Assembly (NCBI RefSeq): GCF_009834535.1
Contig: NC_045697.1
Location: 85,376,001 to 85,440,000, forward strand
Direction: 5' to 3'
Length of the DNA stretch: 64,000 bases
Source: Camelus ferus
Taxonomy: Eukaryota
Shown: positions 51,669-64,000 of the stretch, in pieces
Layout of the letters: each line of letters starts with the position of its first letter
How positions within the stretch are numbered: the stretch's first letter is position 1
Program-made: the position numbers and the translations under genes
Notes under the pieces: model-generated
What the model was told of the DNA's origin: nothing
The model's database searches: none
The model's input: the letters and a program-made list of their open reading frames with translations, nothing else

Positions 51669-52621
51669 AAAATGTTATCTGACAGTATCAACACACACCA
51701 AAAAATAAAAAAAAGCCAAAAAAACCCACTATTTAATTTTAAAGGTGTAGATAAGATTAACACATTTTTCTTGAGTTTTAGCTTGTTTGAGAAGTACAGT
51801 GGGAAATTTGTAAATCATTATAGTACATTTATATACATTTCATTTAAATCAGAATCATCATCTTACAAAAGAATCACTGAATTAAAAAAGATGAAAAATT
51901 TTATTAGAAAACTTAAACAATTTTGCATGGCTTTCCAAAGATTAATTTAGTACATCAAAAATATTTTTTTTATTCAAGGCACTGAATTCAATGCTAAAGA
52001 GATACCTATCCCCCAACCAAAATCTAAAACATAGTGTTTGCCCAGGAAAAGTCAATAAATATTTATTGAGTGTCTATTACCTGATAGATCCTGAGGATGT
52101 TATTAAAAGACAGATGTTGCCCCTGCCCTCAGAGAGCATATAGCACAATAGTGACAAGGTAGTTGGCTCTCAAATATTGGTCACAACATCAGACACCAAA
52201 TGATAATTGCCAAGGGAGTAGGAAAAATTGCAGCATATAACTTTTTCACCATTGGGAAAGTTCATGCAGAGGAGACTGAGAGCATCAAAGCCACAGAAAT
52301 GTTATTGGGAAAGGTTTGGAGGAAAGAAATACCACGATATATTAAGAGGCAGAAAACAGAAGAGTTTAGCTGGGATGGATTTGGTAATGGAATTAAAATA
52401 GAAGAAGAAATTCGATATGTAGGTTGGGCAGAGTGGAGTGACCGTGTTGTTAAGAAGAGGTTTGCGTTTCATTTCTCTTGGCAAGAAGTAAAACCTAAAC
52501 AAATAAAACATTAAAGCAAGCATTGTTTGCCACACTTAAGGGGGACACTCCTGGCATTCTTTTGATTATACTAAATGGGTTCCTCTTATGTAAAATCCAC
52601 TATTTGTTGCATTTCAAAGTA

Positions 52622-54218
52622 CAGTATCCCCTTGGTATCCTTGGGGGATTGGTTCCAGGACCCACTATGGATACTAAAATCCTCAGATGCTCAGGCCTTT
52701 TATATCCAAGGTTCCTTATCCATTGATTCAACCAACCTAAGACCATGTAATACTATAGTATTTATTGGAAAAAAACTCCACAATCCATGTATAAATGGAC
52801 CTCCATAGTTCAAACTAGTGTTGTTAAAAAATAAACTCAAAATGGCTTAAAGACTTAAACATAAGACAAGACACTATAAACCTCCTAGAAGAAAACATAG
52901 GCAAAACATTTTCTGACAAATCTTAGCAATGTCCTCCTACGGAAGTCTACCCAGGAAATAGAAATATAAGCAAAAATTAACAAATGGGACCTAATTAAAC
53001 TTATAAGCATTTGCACAGCAAAGGAAACCATAAGGAAAACAAAAAGACAACCTACGGAATGGAAGGAAATATTTGCAAATGATGCGATTGGCAAGGGCCA
53101 ATTAATTTCCAGAGTATATGAACAGCTCACACAACTTAATAATGAAAAACAAACAACCCAATCCAAAAATGAGCAGAAGACTTAAACAAGCAATTCTCCA
53201 ATGAAGACATACAAATGACCAATAGGCACATGAAAAAATGCTCAATATTGCTAATTATCAGAGAAATGCAAATCAAAACTACAATGAGATGTCACCTCAC
53301 ACTAGTCGAGATGGCCATCACAAAAATGTTCACAAACGATAAATGCTGGAGAGTGTGTGGAGAAAAGGGAACCCTCCTACACTGTTGGTAGGAAAGTGGT
53401 TTTGTGCAGTCATTATGGAAAACAGTGTAGATATTCCTTAAAAAACTAAAAATAGAGTTACCATTTGATCCAGCAATCCCACTCCTGGACATATATCCCT
53501 CAACTTTAATTTGAAAAGATACATACACCCCAATGTTCATAGCAGCACTATTTACAATAGCCAAGACATGGAAGCAACCTAAATGCCCATTGACAGATGA
53601 CTGGATAAAGAAATTGTGGTATATTTATACAATGGAATACTACTCAGCCATATAATTTAGTAAAATAACGCCATTTGAATCAACTTGGATGACCCTGGAG
53701 AATGTCATTCTAAGTGAAGTAAGCCAGAAAGAGAAAGAAAAATACCATATGATATCACTGACACGTGGAATCTAAAAAAAAGAAAGAAAGCAAGAAAGGA
53801 AGAAAAGAAAGGAAGAAAGAAAGGAAGGAAGGAAGAAAGAAAAAGAAAGAAAGAGAGGAAGGAAGGAAGGAAGGAAGAAATGAACTTACTTACAAAAGAG
53901 AAACAGACTCACAGATGTAGAAAACAAACTTATGGTTACTAGGGGGGAAAGGGAGTGGGACGGGATAAACTGGGAGTTCGAGATTTGCAGATACTATATA
54001 TAAAATAGATAAACAACAAATTTCTTCTGTATAGCACAGGGAACTATATTCAATATCCTGTTGTAATGAAAAACAATATGAAAAGGAATATAAGTATGTA
54101 TATATACGACTGAAACACGTTGTACACCAGAAACTGACACAACATTGTAAACTGACTGTACTTCAATAAAACACACACACACACACACACAAAACTTGTC
54201 CTGTTCAAGGGTCAGTTG
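52622..54218 (+). mobile_element. MER2 (TcMar-Tigger) element split by an L1; parts 52622-52825 and 54192-54218
   Basis: ta|cagtatccccttggtatccttgggggattggttccaggaccc ... tgttcaagggtcagttg|ta, with TA flanks. Confidence 0.8.
52826..54191 (+). mobile_element. 5'-truncated LINE-1 (~1.35 kb; disrupted ORF2 3' part, GAAA/GGAA expansion 53776-53880, (AC)n tail)
   Basis: Canonical L1 ORF2 DNA motifs (ctataaacctcctagaagaaaacatagg, gaaatgcaaatcaaaactacaatgaga, cagcaatcccactcctgg), AATAAA then an AC repeat. Confidence 0.95.
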
Positions 54219-54869
54219 TATATATCTGCTCATTCATTGCATTTCCTGTGAAGGATTTTACTAATTGATCTATCATACTTTATCAGTAATGTGATAGAAA
54301 AACTATTTTTTAATGTTAATTCAGAAAAGCATTTCTGGAGTACATCTTACATCCTGGAAGAAGGAATCCACTGCTGACATTGAGTCTCAGCCTGCAGTAT
54401 TCCACCACCATTGTTGGTCCAGGCTGGTTGACCAAGTCAGCATGGACTGCTGTTTTCAGTAGCCTGCCCCGTGTTGATCATGTAGCAGTGGCAGACCATG
54501 CAAGCGAAGCTAGCAGCAGTGTGGTGAGGGTATTGTAGCTGTGTGCACACACCAAAAAAGGGATGTGAAAAACACTGGGCCAGTCTAGAGGAGAAAAAAG
54601 GCTGAAAGAAACAGGGGTAGGAAGGTATTCTTAGATATAACAGGGAGTCCAGGATGATATGATTAATATGTTCCTATAATTTGGGGTCTTTTAAAAATTG
54701 CTTTATTTTCTACCTCCCACGACTTGTTTAGACACAGACATAAAGAAAACTCTTTCATGCAGGCAGTTTGGCCCGAGTGCCTGATAGTTGCATGCCAGTG
54801 ATATCATACTGCCTGAAGGCCACTCAGACACAAAGGCTGGTTATTTTTTCAATGTTATGAAGCTGAAGG

Positions 54870-55100
54870 GCCTCAGATGGAGTGGAAGGAACACAGGCTT
54901 CTGAATCCAAGGTCTTGTGCAGAGTTTCCTACAGTGCCACTCCATAACTTTGAGACTGTGTGAACTTGGAAAGTTATTTAATCTCTCTGAAGCTCAGTTT
55001 TCTCATCTGTAAAATGGGAATACAATTTCCCTGATAGAAATTTTATTGACAGAATTAAACTTTTTTGATATGTAACATGCCTGAGACATAAGTAGGCACA
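54870..55100 (+). mobile_element. MIR fragment
   Basis: Core ttatttaatctctctgaagctcagttttctcatctgtaaaatggg. Confidence 0.75.
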
Positions 55101-55246
55101 TGTCGAATTCCTTGGATTCAACTTGCCTTAAAATACACAAAGCACTTGCCCCTGCTTAATCAGAAAAACATTTGCAAGTGAAAAAAATAAAATGAATGGA
55201 ATCATTCAGAACTTGCTCTTTAAGATGACCAAAATGAGCAATTTCA

Positions 55247-55346
55247 GGGCTGGTGGGTATAGCTCAGTGGTAGAGCATGTGCTTGGTGTGCATAAGGTCC
55301 TGGGTTCAATCCCCAGTGCTTCTGTTAAGAGGGTAAAAGAAAAAAG
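55247..55346 (+). mobile_element. tRNA-derived SINE (vic-1-like)
   Basis: gggtatagctcagtggtagagc...ggtcctgggttcaatcccc, A-rich tail, TSD aatga(g/a)caatttca (55233-55246, 55347-55360). Confidence 0.85.
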
Positions 55347-58300
55347 AATGAACAATTTCATGTTTATAAAATGTGGTATACCTAATAACCTCCCTTTTAC
55401 AAATTTTATCTAGTTTATTTCTTAAAACAAAGAGTGAAAAGCGTAATTTTCCGCATTTCACAGTTGAGGAAATTGAGGTTTAGGGACACAAGTGACCTGA
55501 ACCTCATTCTGTCTGACCCCAAAGCCTCTACTCTTAACCAGCTCCCCAGGTTGTCCAGATGTATTATTTGGAGCCTCTCTATCAACTATTTTCATGTATT
55601 TATTTCTTTTTCTGGTTCTCTAATGTTAATAAGCAATTAAAAAAAAAAAAAAGATTTGACCACAGAATTTGGGTTGGTGGCTCCTTGGCACTCTATAAGA
55701 GCAAATTTAACCACACATATTGTTTTCACAAAGTGTGCTAATTCATCAGTTCTAGCCACAAACTTCTCAGGTCACAAGTCTGGAAGATTAAGCCAGAAGG
55801 AGGCGGAATAGTCCAACGTGATGTAGCTGCCTGAGTCTTTCACTCAAAAATCGTTTAAACTCCATGCTGTTGACACAGTGTGAGTCCTTCCCTAATGGCA
55901 CTTGACAAACTGGCTTGTCTATGAAAAATATTGCGGACAGAAGGACTAACAAAATTTTTTATAATCTTAACATATGCAGCTCATGAAAAGCAGACATATG
56001 ACTGTATATACCTTTGATTCTACCAGTTTCCATGTTTCCATTACAGGGAACTTGTTAACCCTGGAGCTCAATTACTTAAAAAAAAAGGGGGGGGGGCATC
56101 TCCTTATTAACCTTTTGACTGTCTAATTCCAGTTTTTAATTGGGTGGTTTCTGCACGCCTGCTACTGTTACTGCTCACTGGTTCCCACAAGAGCCATCAT
56201 CGGTAGGTATCATTATGATCCCCATTTTAGAGACGAGGCTACTTAGAGGCTGTCAGAACTTGACATTTTTTTGCCAAGAAGAAATTTGAACCCAGGCAGT
56301 GCTTTTTGCTCTGAAACTCTCTCCTCTTCTTTTGGAATGAATTCAAGGTAGTCCCTCACATATGTGGGGAGTGAACTACAGAATTCAAGAATAAGTCAAT
56401 TTCAGTCATATCAACATCCAGGTTTAACTGTTTCTTGATAGTCTGGTATATAAAAATTTTCCCTTTGAGAAAATAAAACTTTTCTTGACTAGAATAGCAT
56501 GATGTGAAAATTCTGTTAAGGTTTCTCAGTGTGTGTTAACAGACTCAAATATATTAAATTCCTTATTGGATTAGACCAGTTAACACTGGATTTTTTCACA
56601 TTTCTATACTTAAATATCACATCTAGGAAACAAAGGTATTAATATTTACTTCATCGTGCCAAATCAGATTCTTTTATGAAACTAGATCAAATATGAATCA
56701 CTACCCTATAAATTCAAAATCTGTATGTGGAAGGTAATGAGAAACAGAGGTGGTTTTCATTTTATGAGCACAACTTCTCAACTCTCATATGCTCTATTGA
56801 AGAAAAAAATTGCATTATTTCAAGTCATTTAAAAGCAGTAAAGCCTCTTTTTTTCTGGCTAATAAATTGTAAATTAACCAATGAAATTATTTGGGGGAAA
56901 CAGCTTTCATTCGGATAGAGTCTGATGTGAAGTCTGAAAACTCTTGGTGTTATGAAAGAAAAATTTGATTTCCACAAATGTAAACTTAGACTGTATAGTC
57001 TAAATCCACTTCATTTCCTCAGATTATTCCTTATATGACATGTTCTCTCCATAAAATATTACCAATAAAAGCCTTGAGTTTTTCTCCTTTGACTTCCTAG
57101 CATTTTATCAGTAGCTGTCTATATTTCTAAGTTTATACATTTTTATTAATGTGATAATCCTAGTGATATTGTATCACTTCCAATCCCCAAACCTTAAACT
57201 ACTCGGTCAAAATCCAGGGGAACTCCTACTGTGAAGAAACTGAAAATTTAGGGGTTAGACATTTTTCTGCAATTAGAAGAGAATAACATTATGAAAATTC
57301 AAAGAGGTTAGAAACTCAGAGGTCATTTGAAACACTAAACTCCAAAGAACTCATTTGTATATCTGTCAAAACAGAGGAAAATCATTCTGATTTTGAAAGA
57401 ACTTTTCAAAGACTTATCTACGTGGGAAATGGCACACTGACCTATGAGGAATATGTAATTTGTGTTCAACACAAAGTCTCTTTCAAGAACTAAAGATAAT
57501 CTTATACCCCATCAATTCCAGACCAAAATGTTTGTAATTTATTTTGAGTGAGAATGTTCTTAAGGGAATAGGTGATACAAATCAAGCAGGATCCAAGTGC
57601 AGAAAGAACTTCAAAAGTGCTAAAATGCCTGACTCTCTTCATCTTTACATGAGCAAACACATTAACCAGTCTCCTACTTGCTCTCCCTCTGTATTTCAAG
57701 GCAAGTCCAACAAGACACATGTAGGGGGAAAAACACAAGATGAGGAAGAATAAAGGCAGTGGGAGGCAGGGATAAAGAGGAAGAAAAGAACGAAGAGAAG
57801 GGAGATAGTATTTAAGAACTTAAAATCGAGAGTGATAAGAAAATAAAGGCAGGCGGTAAAATGATGAGGGTTAAGGAGAGTCAGTAAAGGGCTTGGGGGC
57901 AGAGGACCTGAGAAGTGAAGGATGCAGGAGAATACAGAGGAGCCAGTGCACCAGAGGAGCTGAGAAGCCCAAGAAAAAAGGGATGATATAGGACTTAACA
58001 CCAAATCTGGAGATAACGTTGGTCAGTATTTACGTAATGAGAAAACAGAAAGGTACAACGACATTTACTAGGGGAGGGGGACAGGATGGAGGTGGACGAG
58101 TAGCCTGTTTCAAGAATTTCCATCTCACTAGCAGTTAGAAAAGCTTCAAAGAGTTGTTTGATTTTCATGGGCAATTTGAGTGAAAGGAAAGATGACAGAA
58201 AGTTGAATCAGGGAGGATCTTGAAGTTAGAAAGGTCCTCTTAGTAAAAGGAGAGAAGATAAATTGGATTGTGTACTTGTACAAAGTGGGAGTTGAGCCAA

Positions 58301-58599
58301 TATGCCTTAAAGGAGAATTTTCCAAAAGTTTTCCATATTTACTTGCACTTTACTATCACTTACTTGATTTGTTTAAACTGTAGACCTACATTTTTTTTTT
58401 TTACTAAATAGCTTACTTAAAAAGGAAATTAACAACCTAAACAGTAATATCTGTTTCACATGCTGGTTATGTTTTTTATCTCATATACATTAAAATAAAT
58501 TAAATATTTGCTATGGAACCACCTAAATATCTCAGGCCATTGCAGCTTTGCATGCATGGGAGGTGAGATAGCGCTAGGCTAGAGGAAGGCAGGAGGGAA

Positions 58600-58867
58600 T
58601 TTTGTCTGATCCACAGTGATGGCAAGCACCCAGAAGACCCTAAAGAGACAGGAAATGCAGGAGAGCGGTGGGCAATGAACCCCAAGGCCTGTAAGAAAGG
58701 GGGCAGAGATGAGGTCTGCCACAGAGGCCACACAATGTCACTTCTGCCTCATTTTATTGATCAACGCAACTCTCAAAGCCAGCCCAGATTCAAGAGGTGA
58801 GGAAGTAGACTCCACTTCTTGATGGAAGGATCTGTAAGGAATTTGTGGCCATTTTTAATCTACCTCA
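58600..58867 (-). mobile_element. MLT1-type (ERVL-MaLR) LTR fragment
   Basis: Minus strand begins tgaggtagattaaaaatggccacaaattc; ccagattcaagagg...tagactccac is typical of MLT1. Confidence 0.7.
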
Positions 58868-59651
58868 ACTCATGGACTCACAGGCTCAAAAACTCAACAG
58901 CATAATCAACATAATTCAAAAGATGTGGTATTAATTTGGAATGTCATTTTAGTGTTCTTTCCAAGATGTGCTATGTTTGGGGCTAAATTTTACGGAATTA
59001 GGTCAGGGATAAGAGGAATATGGCATCAGCTCTACTCTCACTTTTCTTTTGGGATACCGATTCTCGTACATCGTGTTTGACACAAGTACACACACTCACA
59101 GAAACACACACACCTCCAGGTCTGTTGTAGGTTCCTGGCACTATCTTTGTTCTAGAAAGTCATTTTTATAATATGAATGGGAAGAACCAAACTAAAGATC
59201 AACTTAATTGCTTCTAACCCAAAGGAAACACAACATGTCTTGTTTTTATATGACATCCCTCAGCGGGTGAAACACCTAATTCAAGGGTGAAACACCTAAT
59301 CTCAAGGGACAGATATTCACTCAGGTTGGAGGACTAGTTCTGCTTCAGAGTGGGGATGGAGAAAGCATGTCTAATCCACCTGATTCTTAACTGTGAGTCA
59401 TATTATGGTATTTCAGCAAACACTTCCAGTGTATTTTTGTTACCCCAAAAGTATAGAAGAGAATAATTTATGCATTCTATTGAACAATATTTGAGAAGCA
59501 GGGGAAAGTTCACAGATCTTCCTAAAACCATGAGGGACTTTTCAGTTCTTACCTCATCACTAGGCTTTGGGAATGATTCTTTTTTCAAAGTCTGAACATA
59601 TATGAGGTTCCCCTTTGGAAGAGAAATACACGTGCTACGTATACAGCATTT

Positions 59652-60340
59652 TGTGCCCGGTGCTAAACTCTTTTCACTCTGTTTCGCGCCCCATCTCCCT
59701 CTTCCTCCCTGCTCTGTGGTGTGCAGGCTGGGAGCTGGCTAAACAATTCTGCTTGGCCCGCTGCTGCAGGCCTGGCTCTGCCAGTGGATGATGGGGGTGA
59801 ACGCAAGGCGGGCGGAGGGAGAAGGAGCACTTCCTGTTGTATTCCCGCTGCTGCCGCCTTGGCTTCCTGTGCCCGGTGCCTCACCCCGCAGGGCTACCCG
59901 GCAGGGCTTCTCCGCTTGGCCGTGGTGGTACTCCGCAGGAGCAGCAGTGGATGCCAGCTCACGGTTTTCCCAGCCTGTGGAGTCAGCCTCATCACACCCC
60001 GTCTGGGACACCAGCGTCCGGAGCTCAGAGGTCCAGGACATGGGTCGCAGCTCAGACACAGCAGCGTGAGTTTCTGTCTCATCCTTAGAGATCCGAGTTT
60101 TAGCTCCACCAAGTTCCTCCACGCTTCTAACTCCAGGCTCACGGGTTTTAACGATTCCACCTCTTTTCTTTGTGTCCCGGGGAGCCCTCTGCTTTCTCAG
60201 TTGCTACCTCTGGGAGACCTCCGTGTTCCCTTTTTGCCCCCAGGGTGCCCTTTTCAGTTCTCTGATACCCACTTATAGTCAATTCTCACTATTTAAAGAA
60301 CAGACTGGGTTTGTGCCTTCTGATTGGACCCTGACTGAAT
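59652..60340 (-). mobile_element. Old MLT1-type (ERVL-MaLR) solo LTR, CpG-rich
   Basis: Minus strand begins ttattcagtcagggtccaatcag and ends gggcaca; internal gtgtgatgaggctg, cactggcagagcc, cacagagcag resemble old MLT1 consensus. Confidence 0.65.
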
Positions 60341-61759
60341 AAGTGACTGAAAGGTAACACAGATGATCAATTGAAACGTTAACCTTGATCATATTAAGAG
60401 TCATCTTCAAAATTCAGGAAGTACCAGCAGACTTTTAAGAATACAGTCTTTAAGAAGTTTCAGGGTTTACAGCATTCATCTGAAGTAGTTTAATATTAGA
60501 GAGACTCTAATATTAAAGCCACATACTTAAGACTTTTTACCTAAAGATTTGGAAGAGCTTGGTAAAAATGACACTTTTAATTAATTTGCACAATATTCTT
60601 GGGAATATGGTAGGATGTAAATATCACACAAACATCAGCCAAAGATTAACATTGTTTCAGGGATACAAACCAAAATTTCAAGCAAAGATAGGGAAAATCA
60701 GAATAAAGCATTTCATATGCATCCAAGTTGAGCAAGGGGCATGCAGAGGAAAAAAAGTAGAACAATTGATTTTCAGTGGATTGTGGCTTCAGTTGGAATG
60801 TGTGAGAATAGGGACCATTTAGTTATTGTGGTTCTGAGCAGAAGATGCAGCAACTTTGGGCTTCACTGGGTCCTATGCTCCCTGGGGGACTGTGTGCTGA
60901 GAATGATGGCTTTTCAGAATTATGACACTCTTTCTCAGTGACTGAGTGCCCCTTAATGGTCAGTATGGTCAACAGTGCAAGATGGCCAACTGCAACCATG
61001 CAAGGTGTCACCCTTGGGTGTTTCTGGCTTTAAAAGTGACAAGTGAAACCTTAGGCTGGGGGAGGCTAGGGGAAGCTGTGGGGGGGCTGTTGGTGAGTTT
61101 TTAAAAAGTTATTAATATATTGCATATAAATATATAAACATATTTGGAAGGATAAACAAGATAAACATCTGTTGCCCCTAGTGAGGGGAGCTGAGTGGCT
61201 GGGGGACAGGAGTGAAGGAAAGACTGGCCTTTCGCTGGATACCCATTTGTATTTTTTTGATTGTGTACAAAGTTTGTATTATACCTACTGAAAAATTTTA
61301 AAAAACCAACTAAATATTTAATTTATATTTGTATTTCCCTTTACAGTTTCCAAATGGCTCTTCTTTCTGTAATTCTCTCTGCTCCTCACTTAAAATCTGT
61401 GAGGTAAATATGATAGGATTCTTCTGGTTTTATGCATGGAAACCTGAGGGTCTAAAGGTCTGGCTTCCTCACTATCAGGCAAACATTTAGGCTTAGGTTG
61501 AAGACCAGATTTTCTTACTCCAAATGGTTCTTTCTGTCATGTCTCACTGACTTATGTGTGCTCAGGACTACAAAATAGATTGGGGAGAAAGAAAATCAGC
61601 CTTTACAAGACAGTTTACAGGCCAGGTTCCGGCCTACGTATCTATGCATGCAGGTGTCTGCATCTGGTGGAAAGACTGTTGCTGTAGCCACAGTAATCTG
61701 CAGACCAAAGCTCCAGGCTATATGAATTAAATCATGTACTTAGTAATGATAGACCTCTC

Positions 61760-61950
61760 TTACTAGCCCAGGGCTGAGGACCTTATATGCATTATTTGCA
61801 GTCTTAACTAAAAGATTATGAACAGGCATTCTCCCCATTTTCCAGATGGGGAAACTGAGGTACAGAAAAGTTACATAACCAACATATTAGTTTAGAAAAA
61901 TTGTAAGGCAAGGATTTGTCTTCAATTCATCTTTCCCAAATCCCATTCTT
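61760..61950 (-). mobile_element. MIR fragment
   Basis: ccccattttccagatggggaaactgagg core. Confidence 0.7.
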
Positions 61951-64000
61951 TTTTCCAATGCATTGAGCTAGATGCTCCAATGGATCGGTATGTAAGTAAG
62001 AAAGTGAGTGTCTCCAAAACAGAAGTGTGCCCTGCGGAGTGTGGAGAGGAGTGGATGATGAGGCAGAGAGGAGACAAGTACCATGAAAACTCTAACACTG
62101 ATGAATCCTAGTATTATAAAAGAAGTCTGAGCAAATGCCATAAGGGTTTAAAGGAAGGAAGAAGGAAGCAATCTTAGTCATCTTCAGGTGAGTTAGACAT
62201 GGCTTCATTCATGAGAGAGCCAGAGTGAAATAGGCACTGAAGACTTACAAGGAGACGAAGTATGGAGTAGACTTGGAGTCATGAATGGGAGGAAAGCAAA
62301 ACATGGCAGATGGAATACATGGATGCTTGAATGACTGGCCAGTGTCTACAACATAAAGTATGTTAATAAAAAAATGTTGTTGCCTTCCCTAGGTCAGGTC
62401 TCTTAAGTTGCAGGAGCACTAGCCAATTTGCTGGTGACCAAAGCCCCTCAGGGGAAAATAGTATAAAAACAAACACATAAACAAATTTTAAATTGTTGAA
62501 TGAATGGATGTAAAGTGACAAAGAAGGGAAAAAAAAGCACAAGAACCCCTCCCCTGCCCCCAGTTTTCTACCATTTTGGCTGAGTTCCAAGTTACATTGT
62601 TATCTTATTGTAGTAATTATTCAGTGCTTGATTGTGGCTAAAAAAAAAAAGAAAAAAAAATCAACATGATTAAAACATGTAAGAATGCTAAAGTAACGCT
62701 TTGCCATGTCAACTGGCTCTCTTCAAGTCCAAGGAGAATGGCAGAATCCAAAACTCTGGCTGCCAAATATCCACTTCCCTCAGCTTGGAGTAGTTTTCCA
62801 ACTCTGTTCCCTGGATATTTTGAACATTTGTAAGGGCTTCAGGGGTTCCACAAACAATGAAGATTTAAATTTCCTGAAAATCTCATTCATTGATTTTTAC
62901 CTGTTTTTTTAATATTGTGATTCCAGATAAGAGTTCACTAAAAAAAATTTTTTTACAACAGTAGCTAGAAAACATGCCATTGAAATGCTTTCTCAATATT
63001 GCAGGAAGACTTAGAACTTCTAAGCCATGCTGAGGGTGTTCACACAAGCTGCAAATGAAAGGAGGTGAGGGTGGTCAGGGACAGTGAAGTGCAATGGAAA
63101 GAGCACTGGGCAGGAAGGTGTGACACATGGGTTCTTCTGTGATCCTACTAACAAGACGGGGGTTTTGCCTGGATATGGCGGGGTGACCTGCACAATTAAA
63201 CCTGACCTCTCGGGACTCATTTTTCTCATCTGTGTGATGCGGGAATTGAAAAAGGTGATCCTTGCTTGTCTAGCTATTGCCAGTTAGGTACTGAACACTT
63301 TCTAGGATTTAATCACACTGCTGTTTACTTATTTCTTCCATGCAGCTAGCCATTTTGGACAGTTAAAAATGTTACCTTTTATGTGAATCTCATAAACTGA
63401 GCTGAAGAATTCATTTCCATTTGTAAATGACTAGACTTTTCCAGCATAAAGAAAAGTGATTTCTCTGGCAGTTTAGTATAATCTATGATAAATTACTTCT
63501 TCAATTTAAATATTATAATGTGTAAATTCATACACAGATTGGGTTTAAAATCATGAATGTATAGAATTTCTCTTAGCCAATTCATTTATTTGGATCTTCT
63601 TAGAGTTCAGTGTTGATTACCCCAGGGTGACCCAAGTGTTATGATGTGGCAATCTGTGTCCATCTATGGACATATGAAAATATAATTTGTTAGAATTGCC
63701 CTCCTATTTCATGATATGGCTTATGTGTATGACCATGTAATTGACTTGCTTAGATGAAACCATTATCTTACAGTTAGTCACATGGCAAAAAACCAAAACA
63801 AAACTATCTAACCAAGACCGGCAGCCCTTTTCTCCCCATTGTGGTAGTTTTGATGGCTTTTTAAAAGCCATCACATACTATATACATTTTCGAGCACCTA
63901 TGATCTCTTCAATACACATTGATCACTGCTAGGTACCAAGTGTTGCATAGCCATGGTATGCACCATTAGGTTATGGCTGTGCACAGAATAGACACAGTCC

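Noticed and set aside
55247..55325. Possible tRNA gene
   Set aside because: Degenerate stems, A-rich tail, TSD and related copies indicate a SINE.
59663..60278. Six overlapping ORFs of 73-185 aa
   Set aside because: Explained by the GC-rich LTR relic; no protein similarity recognised.
1..64000. CRISPR arrays, operons or other prokaryotic/phage systems
   Set aside because: The sequence is mammalian with spliceosomal introns; no repeat-spacer array or dense coding was seen.

Overview
Mammalian genomic DNA, not microbial. It is probably camelid, inferred from short tRNA-derived vic-1-like SINEs and no recognisable Alu, Bov-A/Bov-B, PRE or Can-SINE elements. The window holds one complete protein-coding gene, NDNF (neuron-derived neurotrophic factor), on the minus strand. 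A probable non-coding exon 1 lies in a CpG island (donor at 45141/45140), followed by a ~27.6 kb intron 1. Three coding segments (17513-17326, 11758-11634, 10651-9258) join through GT-AG sites into a 1707-nt CDS (568 aa + TAG). The rest is intronic or intergenic, with L1, L2, MIR, SINE, LTR (MER31-like, MLT1-like) and DNA-transposon (Charlie1, MER2, MER5, MER45) relics and microsatellites. Repeat family names come from my recollection of consensus sequences, and their boundaries are approximate. I found no new multi-gene system. The best leads are: an unexplained ~270-bp diverged direct duplication bracketing exon 2; a strong 5' splice site recreated at the exon 3/4 junction; an odd extra cysteine (C189); an acidic Ser-Gly glycosaminoglycan-attachment-like motif; a Z-DNA/G4 promoter with a second candidate first-exon donor; a CpG-rich old LTR upstream; and a well-formed distal poly(A) site.
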